A stretch of DNA of 10,491 nucleotides from a virus (taxonomy: Duplodnaviria > Heunggongvirae > Uroviricota > Caudoviricetes), in the IMG/VR virus record IMGVR_UViG_3300025131_000004. The stretch is one strand, 5' to 3'. Under the pieces are notes generated by a model that saw only the letters and a program-made list of their open reading frames with translations, did not search any database and was not told where the DNA came from. Made by a program: the position numbers and the translations under genes. Below, one piece after another: positions 1 to 7,574 of the stretch (within the stretch, counting starts at the first letter, position 1; the number at the start of each line of letters is the position of its first letter).

Positions 1-95
1 TCAGTGATCTGCCGAAACTTTCCATTCTTTTTCTTTACTGAATAGATTCGATAGTAACTATGTCTATTCGCTAAGATGTCACTGAGTCCAGACAT
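1..95 (-). CDS. 5' end (partial, runs off window) of a probable retron-like reverse transcriptase
   Basis: ATG at 95 with AGGTGA upstream, overlapping the HNH 3' end by 25 nt. Translation: MSGLSDILANRHSYYRIYSVKKKNGKFRQIT(E). Y-x-x-(F/Y)-x-(I/V)-x-K-K-x-G-x-x-R-x-I is the typical first conserved block of retron/retron-like RTs. Only 31 codons are visible and no YxDD is in the window. Confidence 0.6.
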   Translation of the reverse strand, partial: MSGLSDILANRHSYYRIYSVKKKNGKFRQIT

Positions 96-718
96 TCTTC
101 TTCACCTGGTAGGAAGTTTCTCCATGAAGAATGAACCTTGCTGACTCCTGCTGTCATTGGTTTCCATTCTGGAATGTAAGGCTTCGATAGAAGTTTCATT
201 CCTGCTTCTTTTGGAGTTCTGTTCCCCTTCCTTTGATTGCACTTGATACATGCTGTCACACAATTATCAAAGTTGGTTCCAGGGAAACGCATGGTTGGAT
301 GGTTTCTTGGTATCACATGATCTATGTTGATACGCGGCCTGCCATTGCTATCTCTTCTGTTTCTCTTGAAATCATTACCACAGTACTGGCATCTATAGTT
401 GTCTCTTTCAAAGACACCACCTCTGCTGTATTTCAGTTCATGCCTAGGTAGTCTGTCGTACTTGGTAAGAATGACCACTCTAGGAACTAGGATGGGTGTT
501 CCTGGACCATGCCTAACAAAGTCCTCGAACAATTCCATCTGCTTTTCATTGACTGGCAGAGTTCTCCACGCAGAGAAATCATGAACCATTCCAGTTCTAT
601 GATCTAGAGCGTTTACCGTTCCAGAGCATAGTCTTGTGAATGCTCTTCCTACTTCAATGATATGAATAGGAAACCATTGTTTGTTTAGTACTAAAGTATC
701 ACCACGGATGCCCATCAT
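71..718 (-). CDS. HNH endonuclease (McrA/COG1403-like, Zn-binding)
   Basis: N-terminal LVLNxxWxP block, then ERDNYRCQYCG, IDHVIPR and NCVTACIKCNQRKG. AAGGAG RBS at 723-728. Start is 718 or 715. Confidence 0.93.
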   Translation of the reverse strand: MMGIRGDTLVLNKQWFPIHIIEVGRAFTRLCSGTVNALDHRTGMVHDFSAWRTLPVNEKQMELFEDFVRHGPGTPILVPRVVILTKYDRLPRHELKYSRGGVFERDNYRCQYCGNDFKRNRRDSNGRPRINIDHVIPRNHPTMRFPGTNFDNCVTACIKCNQRKGNRTPKEAGMKLLSKPYIPEWKPMTAGVSKVHSSWRNFLPGEEECLDSVTS

Positions 719-735
719 CCATCTCCTTTAGGTTG

Positions 736-960
736 TGGTAGTTTCAGGAATCGAACCCAAATGCAGACAATCCCCTCTGTGTTAACAAAAGTGGAAAGGT
801 GAATTGTGTGCTTACACCAGCTCTACCTTGAAATTCAATCCATAAGCTCCATGGCTTAGGTTCTCTTTGGCAATGCCCTTACTTAGCCTCTAACCATCAC
901 TCGTTTAAGAGGCACCGTAGGAATCAGATCGTCGTCTGCTCTGCTTATGAATCAAACTAC
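736..960 (-). ncRNA. Putative tRNA-like/tmRNA-like structured RNA with a ~160-nt insert in place of the anticodon loop
   Basis: Terminal helix GTAGTTT(960-954)/AAACTAC(744-738). T-arm-like TGGG-TTCGATT-CCTG (759-745). 8-bp helix GCAGACGA(939-932)/TTGTCTGC(770-763) sits in the anticodon-stem position. No canonical D-arm. Confidence 0.5.
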
Positions 961-963
961 AAG

Positions 964-991
964 CAAGGGGCCAGCTGTGCTGAGCCCCTTG
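964..991 (-). other. Near-perfect hairpin capped by a C-ACA-G triloop
   Basis: CAAGGGGC-TCAGC-ACA-GCTGG-CCCCTTG. The U-G pair is compatible on the minus strand. There is no good U-tract, so it is not clearly a terminator. Confidence 0.7.
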
Positions 992-1066
992 TATATGCTT
1001 ACCGTTCCTTAGAGGTCCCTATTGGTTTGTCTCTGTCCCTCATATTGGGTAAGCAATGCAGTCTAA

Positions 1067-2137
1067 TCAGACTGCCAGTTCTACCTCGGCTACTTGATCC
1101 TCAGTCGTCTCTACCACTTCGATCGTAGGAGTCTCTTCGACGACTGTCGCCTTCTTCTTCTTACGCTTTCGTGGATATGCAACCTTATAAAGGTCTAGCT
1201 CCTTCAGGGTGGTATCAAAGTTTACGATCTTCTCATGAGCAGCTTGGATAGCTGTTCTGGTCAAACGAACAGGAGTTATCCTGTTGGTGTTAGCCTTGAA
1301 GTAGACCATATGATAACCCAACGGTTCATGTCTCAATATTACTTGCAGTGCATTGTATAATACTTGTGCTGCAGTCATATTGACCGAAATACTTTGGGGG
1401 TTGGCCAAAGCTCTCATTGCACAGTTCTCAGGGTTTTCTGCTTCGGTGGGCAACAAGCCCATCTCTCCGAAAGCACTTGGGAACTGTTCAAAGAAACAAG
1501 GGAGCCTGAATGCCTTTGGAATAGGCACTTCTTCAGAATCTAAGTCTGGGTCTTCCAAAGCAGAGATGGTGTCCCTGCTTTGTCCTTTATACGCGATGAC
1601 CATTTGACCTGTGAACTGTTCGTTTCCTGAGTCCAACCAGAAAGTCTCTAGGTGCTCAGGTCTCTTCATGTACCACTTGAAGAACAGTGCTCTTGTCTTG
1701 TTGTTGTCTACGCATGTAATCAAGATAGGACTTGCGTTGGTAGATTGGGTATAGATCAGAGCATTGATGTCTTCGTTGCTCTCTAGATAGCCATTGTAGT
1801 AGGCGATATCAATGCCAAAGGCATTTGAATATCTCTTTGCCATGACTTCAGCTTTGTACTTGTTGACATCAGCTCTTACAAACTGTTGTCTTACAAGATT
1901 CTTATCTTCTACCTTGTCACCATCAACCAAGACCAGCCTTAGGCTGTCAGGTTTCTTGTTGCCCATGCCACCACGTCTCAACTTGTTGATGAGTGAGATG
2001 TATCGTGCCAGGTGTGGAATCAGATAGCCGCCAGTTCCTCCACATCCCACTACGATGACGACCTTGTCGATAGATCTATCGGAAGGCCCTCGATTATAAT
2101 AGCCGTGGAAGTTATGTACTGTATTAATTTCTCGCAT
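1067..2137 (-). CDS. ThiF/E1-like ubiquitin-activating enzyme (PRTRC-type ThiF)
   Basis: VGCGGTGG nucleotide-binding loop, VDGDKVEDKNLVRQQF, CVDN, WLDSGN, and candidate catalytic Cys in ENCAMRALANPQ. I prefer the start at 2137 (TAAGGA RBS just after the JAB stop) over 2206. Confidence 0.9.
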   Translation of the reverse strand: MREINTVHNFHGYYNRGPSDRSIDKVVIVVGCGGTGGYLIPHLARYISLINKLRRGGMGNKKPDSLRLVLVDGDKVEDKNLVRQQFVRADVNKYKAEVMAKRYSNAFGIDIAYYNGYLESNEDINALIYTQSTNASPILITCVDNNKTRALFFKWYMKRPEHLETFWLDSGNEQFTGQMVIAYKGQSRDTISALEDPDLDSEEVPIPKAFRLPCFFEQFPSAFGEMGLLPTEAENPENCAMRALANPQSISVNMTAAQVLYNALQVILRHEPLGYHMVYFKANTNRITPVRLTRTAIQAAHEKIVNFDTTLKELDLYKVAYPRKRKKKKATVVEETPTIEVVETTEDQVAEVELAV

Positions 2138-2144
2138 TGTATCC

Positions 2145-3464
2145 TTACTCGCCAAACGTTTCGCTTGTCTCGTGAAAATCTCGAAGAGCCTCGTTGATAG
2201 TTTCATTGTGACCTATGGCCGCCAATCTACCTACGATATGATAGATGTCATCTTGATCAGCTATGTTACAGATTGCATCGATGTAGTCGTAGATCGCTGC
2301 TTCGTCAGCAAGGAGCCAGCTGAACTCTTCGAATTGATCTGGAGGATCAATACCTACCAAGTATTCAGAGACCCAATCTGGATCTTCTCCGAAGGTATAA
2401 AGAAGCTCTCTATCATCCTTGCCAAGACCAAACTTCTCCCACCAGTCGACAGTCTGTTCACCAAAAGCATCTCTTATCTTCTGGATCCTGTCTTCTTCCT
2501 TCGGAAGGTAGTACGTCCTGCTCGGACCCCACTCCCCAAAGAGGCTCGGATCGAACGAGGACTTGGTCTTGAATTCAACTGGAATTCCATTGACGATTGA
2601 GTCTGGTCTGCCTTGAAAGCGGCTCCTTGGCCTGACAACCTGCTTTCTTGCAGCTACGTGTGCAATATTCGCCCGCCATACAGCTTCGGGAATTTCTACC
2701 ACAGGAATATTTTCCAATCCATCCACTGTGTCGGATTCGATATCAAAGATCTCGTCAAGACTAAGTGGAACCTCTTGACCTGTAACACAGGAGACTGCAC
2801 GCAAAGCCCATTCAGGCAGAGCTTTCTGGATCTTGCCAACTACTCCATAAAGTCTGAAGGCTTTCTCGTCAGCAGTGTCGGTTCCTGAAAAGTAACCAGA
2901 CATTGTGTTGTGAGAATGAATCTCCATAGCTGTGATGAGGTTCGGATCCGCTTCTTTGGTAAGATCACGCTCATAACGGACTCCACCCTTGCTGACCACA
3001 TGCTTGGGAACGTCAATGAAGTACTCCTGCTTCTCGATGTCAAAGTAGATGACTGCGTATGCCTCAGCCTCATTCATCTCTTTACAAATTTTTCTGAAAA
3101 AGGTGACGATCTGAGCAAAGTGATTGATTGGGATACGTGGAAGAGTGAGCTCAAAATTAGGCTCGACGTCTTCAGGGTGTCCAGGAATCTTGAACTCAGC
3201 TTCTCTTGTTGTAATTGTTCCAATTGGATTGCTTTCAATTACATAGAGACCATCACCACGGACAATCTTTGTTCGTGGCTTGTCATACGTACCACTCTCA
3301 GACACGTCGGTCACATAACCATAGTATCTATTTTGGAGCTGTTCTCTTACGGTGCTCTTGTTCTTTTGAGTTTCCATGACTGCCTCTTTCTTGGCAGCGG
3401 ATTGCCTATCAATCATATTTTTTAGAGCAGCGATGCTGCCATTCGTACTAGTAAGTTTGTCCAC
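2145..3464 (-). CDS. Prokaryotic JAB/JAMM peptidase (PRTRC protein A-like) with long acidic C-terminal extension
   Basis: EAEAYA...MEIHSHNTMSGYFSGTDTADE matches the JAMM motif E-x(n)-HSH-x7-S-x2-D. GTG start with GGGAG RBS. Confidence 0.88.
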   Translation of the reverse strand: MDKLTSTNGSIAALKNMIDRQSAAKKEAVMETQKNKSTVREQLQNRYYGYVTDVSESGTYDKPRTKIVRGDGLYVIESNPIGTITTREAEFKIPGHPEDVEPNFELTLPRIPINHFAQIVTFFRKICKEMNEAEAYAVIYFDIEKQEYFIDVPKHVVSKGGVRYERDLTKEADPNLITAMEIHSHNTMSGYFSGTDTADEKAFRLYGVVGKIQKALPEWALRAVSCVTGQEVPLSLDEIFDIESDTVDGLENIPVVEIPEAVWRANIAHVAARKQVVRPRSRFQGRPDSIVNGIPVEFKTKSSFDPSLFGEWGPSRTYYLPKEEDRIQKIRDAFGEQTVDWWEKFGLGKDDRELLYTFGEDPDWVSEYLVGIDPPDQFEEFSWLLADEAAIYDYIDAICNIADQDDIYHIVGRLAAIGHNETINEALRDFHETSETFGE

Positions 3465-4128
3465 TGAATGTCTCCCTGATTAGATCCTTGATGGTCTTGT
3501 TTAGCTGCTTCCCCTCAAGAGGAAAGGTTCCATTCCTGACACATGTTGAGATGAATCCATCAGTGCCACCTAGGTGGCCGTTGAATGGTGTTGAATAGAA
3601 TGCATTCACAACCCCTCTGCAAGAGGCGATGTCTGTAGCTTCAATACGATTGCTTCCCCAACAGATGGCACCACCGCTATACGTGTTGCCATAGCCTGTG
3701 AAGTTATACAGTGTATCGGTATCAAACTTGACGCCATGTTGAAGAGCAAAGACCTTGGAGTCTCTGTATCTATTTGGCTGCCGACCACCTCGTCCTGCTG
3801 CCTTGGGTGCACCTAGCTGGAAGGCAAAGATCAAGTGAGGAAATGGCACCTGCTTGATGATCTCTCCGGTATAGCCCCAACGAATGTCCACCTTACGAGG
3901 ACCACTCTGATAAAGAACTGCCTCTGTGTCACCTTGGCGGCCGACAAAGACAACGCCAGTATCAGAACAAGGCATCATGCCTGTATCAAATGCAGTTTCA
4001 GAAAAGAGATACTTCAAGTCATCAGGATTGATGGTCTTGGTAGACTGAGAGTTTCCTCGTACCTCTGTAATTGTGGTTCCCTGCTCATCGATTTCGATGA
4101 TCAGTTTGTCTGGATCAGTTCTTGGCAC
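3448..4128 (-). CDS. Prokaryotic E2 family D (PRTRC protein B-like) conjugating enzyme
   Basis: PFPHLIF, then LYNFTGYGNTYSGGAICWGSN with the candidate active-site Cys in ICWG, then FYSTPFN. It is adjacent to JAB and E1. Confidence 0.8.
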   Translation of the reverse strand: MPRTDPDKLIIEIDEQGTTITEVRGNSQSTKTINPDDLKYLFSETAFDTGMMPCSDTGVVFVGRQGDTEAVLYQSGPRKVDIRWGYTGEIIKQVPFPHLIFAFQLGAPKAAGRGGRQPNRYRDSKVFALQHGVKFDTDTLYNFTGYGNTYSGGAICWGSNRIEATDIASCRGVVNAFYSTPFNGHLGGTDGFISTCVRNGTFPLEGKQLNKTIKDLIRETFSGQTY

Positions 4129-4131
4129 TGC

Positions 4132-5019
4132 CTACTCCAACGCTATGTTCATTAAGGGAACACGATCGAAATCCACTGTCCCCATGTTATTTGTTTCTGT
4201 CATTCGAAAGGTTACGATGTTTTGATCTGGATCAAAAACGTATGTCTTTGGTACATTGTCATAAATGACCTTGGGTGCTGTTGTAACAGGAGGCTCCCAA
4301 GTACCCTCTTCTGTGTACTTGGTGAACGCTGCTCTCTTTCTCGCTTTGAGTTGAGCCTGCTCTTCAAGCCAATTCTCTTTGTTGTCAGCAATCTCACAGC
4401 AATTATCAATAATTGCTTTGATCTCAGGTAGCTTTTCAATAAGACTATAAAGACCACAATTAGTTGCATTGAGGCTTACAGTAAAGGCTCCATTGTAATT
4501 GTCCCAAGCAAAACTGATCTTGTTTGGCTCTGCTGCCATCGTGGTCTTAAGATCATTAAAGCTGGCTCTATGAGCACTTTGCAAGAAAGAATGTGTCCGT
4601 CGACCATAGTTGTCAGCATTAGCTCGAGTAGTATCTAACTCACTGATAATACTCCAATATTTTGCTTGTTGTGTTTCGTTTTCTACAGGTGTGGGGTTGG
4701 TTCTTTCATATCGACGGGTACGGGGGTTCCAAACTTCTTGATTGCGACGATTGTAACCATACCTATTGTAGACACCGATTTGATAACCACAGACACCGCG
4801 AATCTTTTTTATCTCCCAATCAGGAAAATAAAAAGAGATGGCAGAACGAAGTAGTCGACCTGACACTGCATCGTAGGACTTCTGTCCTCCTCTCTCAGCT
4901 TCTTGCCAAGAGATCATTTTTCTGTCACGTCCTACAACACCAAGATCTTTCAGCTTCTTATGAGCACGAAGATAGTCTAGATAGTAGTGAAAGGATTTGA
5001 CCTTTGCAGCTGTATCCAT
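4132..5019 (-). CDS. Hypothetical protein (295 aa)
   Basis: Long ORF, TAATG-coupled to the upstream gene. No motif recognised. Confidence 0.8.
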   Translation of the reverse strand: MDTAAKVKSFHYYLDYLRAHKKLKDLGVVGRDRKMISWQEAERGGQKSYDAVSGRLLRSAISFYFPDWEIKKIRGVCGYQIGVYNRYGYNRRNQEVWNPRTRRYERTNPTPVENETQQAKYWSIISELDTTRANADNYGRRTHSFLQSAHRASFNDLKTTMAAEPNKISFAWDNYNGAFTVSLNATNCGLYSLIEKLPEIKAIIDNCCEIADNKENWLEEQAQLKARKRAAFTKYTEEGTWEPPVTTAPKVIYDNVPKTYVFDPDQNIVTFRMTETNNMGTVDFDRVPLMNIALE

Positions 5020-5306
5020 TAGATAAAGTTATCTCCCTCTCCAATGATTGCAGGAATTATAGACACACGAGAAACCCATTTCGCTGCCTGAGTGGCAGTC
5101 TCTTTGAGCCCGTCAATGTTTCCCTTGACGGCATCTAGCTCATCATCACCAAATTCGAACTCATCGATTAGGTTTAGATAGTCTTGATGAGACCTGAGAT
5201 TAACAAGTCTTCTAAGAAATTGTAGGTGTGGTCCAGGCAAGGTTTCAGTAAGCTCTTCACTTTCTGCAACTGCCTTCGCCAACTCTGTTAGAAATGGATT
5301 ACTCAT
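5019..5306 (-). CDS. Hypothetical acidic protein (95 aa)
   Basis: Start reassigned to ATG 5306 (AGAAGG RBS), which avoids overlap with the Ubl gene. Its stop overlaps the next start. Confidence 0.7.
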   Translation of the reverse strand: MSNPFLTELAKAVAESEELTETLPGPHLQFLRRLVNLRSHQDYLNLIDEFEFGDDELDAVKGNIDGLKETATQAAKWVSRVSIIPAIIGEGDNFI

Positions 5307-5352
5307 ATGACCTTCTTTGTGGACCAGAGGCTCGGCGGCATGGCCCTGAGCG

Positions 5353-5547
5353 TTAGCCCTTGTTGCCAGCGGTGACTGCGAAGTCCCAGTACGTAGCATC
5401 ATCGGTTTCGCTTACACGAACCGTGCTATTTGCTAGCTCCGGGAACTCCTCAGAAAGAACCTCACCGAACAGGCGTGGCGTAACACCACCCGCTGTGTCG
5501 ACAGGGATCTCTTCACCGTTGTAACGTGCATAAACTGGCTTTGCCAT
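5353..5547 (-). CDS. Ubiquitin-like modifier (PRTRC protein C-like), C-terminus AGNKG
   Basis: 64 aa with a strong AAGGAGGT RBS, an FPELANSTV block resembling PRTRC-C YPEL motif, and a terminal G-x-K-G. E1/E2/JAB genes follow downstream. Confidence 0.8.
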   Translation of the reverse strand: MAKPVYARYNGEEIPVDTAGGVTPRLFGEVLSEEFPELANSTVRVSETDDATYWDFAVTAGNKG

Positions 5548-5561
5548 TATGTGTTACCTCC

Positions 5562-5984
5562 TTATCGGTTTTGCAATCTGGTAACCGTAGCCTTGTAGGC
5601 TATGATTGAGCGTTGCAGACTCGCGTTCTCAGCAGTGAGACGTGCGATCTCTTCAGCAAGAGCGCCATCTTCTTCTACATCTACAGCAACGACACCCCAG
5701 ACATCAGTCTCGGGCACCTCCTCTGCAGCGAGATGATCAGCTAGAGCATCGCGTGCGTTCTCACGTGCGATCTCTACCTCATCCACTCGTAGAAGCAGGT
5801 CCTCAGCAGTTGCCAAGACTAGATCATCTAGTACTTCAGCATCATCACAGACGTTGACCACCAGGGCATTGCCTGCACGACCGATAACACTATGTAGTGC
5901 ACCGTTCTGCTTGACCTTGAGACTCCACTCACCAAAGTTCTCATCCATATCACTAATGAATTGACTTAGCGTCTTTGTACTCAT
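5562..5984 (-). CDS. Hypothetical acidic protein with C-terminal coiled coil
   Basis: GGAGG RBS. The tail LAEEIARLTAENASLQRSI has a heptad pattern. Confidence 0.8.
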   Translation of the reverse strand: MSTKTLSQFISDMDENFGEWSLKVKQNGALHSVIGRAGNALVVNVCDDAEVLDDLVLATAEDLLLRVDEVEIARENARDALADHLAAEEVPETDVWGVVAVDVEEDGALAEEIARLTAENASLQRSIIAYKATVTRLQNR

Positions 5985-7572
5985 TACTTTCCTCCACTAA
6001 TTTCAAGAGCTTATGTTGTTCGTTCAACTCGGGTTCATCTAGGACCCGCTCAAGAAGATTCTTTAAGATGCGACCATAAACAGGGCCAGGCTCTAGTCCC
6101 AACTCCTTCAGATCCTTGCCACCTATGGCAAGGTCATTCGTCTTCAGCGCATTGCTGTCTTTGATTGCTGCCTCGTACATATACTTGGCTAGCCTCTGAT
6201 GGAAGGTGGTTCCATGTTTCTTTCTATTTCCCGCTCTGTCCGCAGCACGAAGCAGCAGCAGGTCATAGAATTGTTGTTCACCACCTACCTTTCTGACCAA
6301 TCTTCTGATAGCTGACAGTGAGCTCTCATCCGAGATCTTTGTAGCATTGACAGAGCGATCTTCATTACACCTGGAACACTTGTCCTTGTCTGGTAGATAC
6401 GCTGGTCTGTCAGGTGCATACTTAGAGTAGTAACTACGCCAGATGTGTCCCTTGTCACACTTACTCTCATAAGTTTCACTGTCTAATCTAAAGAGATGGT
6501 ATCTGATCAGATTTGTAACCCTTTCACGAGTCTTGTTGCTGAATCGAAGCTGTTTAAGCTGCCGATCACCAATAGAAGCACCGATTGCATCATGTGCATA
6601 GAAGGTACAGTCTTCAACAACTTCCCTTACCTTTCCACACTTGATACAACCAGTACGATTCTCTGGTGCTCTTTTTCCACAACCTCTACATGTATAGGTG
6701 ATTCCCTTTGATTGGGGCTTTCCTACATCATGCAGCAAAGCTGCAAGCACCAGCTCTGGATCACTGGTGGTGTTCTTCATCGCTACACATGCCAGGACAC
6801 TATGAGTCCATACATCATCAGCATGATAGATATTCTGAAGGCATCCGATCGATGGAACCATCTTAGGAAGCAGATACCGTACCGCTCCTGTAGTTTTGAC
6901 CAGCTCAAGGCTTCTGAAGAGATTATCTCCTGAACCCTTGAACATCTTCATCAACTCGTCCCTTCTCCGTTCCCAAGACACAACAGACAGACCATCAATA
7001 TTTTTGGTCATCTCTTTCAGATCTCTGGAACGAATGAAGAAGCCTAGTTGAGATACAAACCTGATCCCTCTTAGGATTCGAAGATAGTCTTCCTGAATCC
7101 GATCGGCCGCCGCGCCTACAAAACGAATCGTCTTCTTGTTGATATCTTTGATACCATCAAAAGGATCAACTAGTTTTTGCGATTCGACATCAAAAGCAAT
7201 GGCATTCATCGTAAAGTCACGACGAGCCAGGTCTTCCTCAATGGTCTTAGCCCACTCTACTGTGGCTTTACGACCATCAGTGGTTATATCTTTACGGAAG
7301 GTAGTAACCTCAATGCTTTCGGATTCAGAGAAACAACCTCTCTGCAGAATGGTCATAGTTCCGTGGGCCTCTCCCGTTGGAACCACTCTCCATTCTTTTC
7401 CTGCGAAAGCAATACACATCTCATCAGGAGTTGCATTGGTAGCGATATCTATATCGTTGAAAGGCCTGCCAATCAAGGCATCACGAACACACCCACCTAC
7501 GTAGTAGGCTTGGTAACCGCTATCAATCAGGCGAGTAGCAACTGCCTTGGCTGTCTTTGAAACTGTAATCAT
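5953..7572 (-). CDS. cca: Class II tRNA nucleotidyltransferase (CCA-adding type) with HD domain and two Cys-rich insertions
   Basis: VGGCVRD, DIDIAT, DLARRDFTMNA, EDYLRILR (EDxxR templating motif), and the HD-domain motifs YHADDVWTHS and ALLHDVGK. Confidence 0.9.
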   Translation of the reverse strand: MITVSKTAKAVATRLIDSGYQAYYVGGCVRDALIGRPFNDIDIATNATPDEMCIAFAGKEWRVVPTGEAHGTMTILQRGCFSESESIEVTTFRKDITTDGRKATVEWAKTIEEDLARRDFTMNAIAFDVESQKLVDPFDGIKDINKKTIRFVGAAADRIQEDYLRILRGIRFVSQLGFFIRSRDLKEMTKNIDGLSVVSWERRRDELMKMFKGSGDNLFRSLELVKTTGAVRYLLPKMVPSIGCLQNIYHADDVWTHSVLACVAMKNTTSDPELVLAALLHDVGKPQSKGITYTCRGCGKRAPENRTGCIKCGKVREVVEDCTFYAHDAIGASIGDRQLKQLRFSNKTRERVTNLIRYHLFRLDSETYESKCDKGHIWRSYYSKYAPDRPAYLPDKDKCSRCNEDRSVNATKISDESSLSAIRRLVRKVGGEQQFYDLLLLRAADRAGNRKKHGTTFHQRLAKYMYEAAIKDSNALKTNDLAIGGKDLKELGLEPGPVYGRILKNLLERVLDEPELNEQHKLLKLVEESNEYKDAKSIH

Positions 7573-7574
7573 GA

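Noticed and set aside
736-960. Canonical tRNA, tmRNA or intron-containing tRNA
   Set aside because: There is no D-arm or anticodon loop, no G3-U70 or plausible tag peptide, and the ~160-nt insert is short for a group I intron with no recognisable core.
2138-2206. Upstream E1 start at 2206 (and the longer starts at 5402 and 8792)
   Set aside because: These create long overlaps or run into other features, while downstream ATGs have well-spaced RBSs.
5562-5984. Assignment of the 140-aa protein as PRTRC protein E
   Set aside because: The position is suggestive, but the sequence resemblance is too weak to call without an HMM search.
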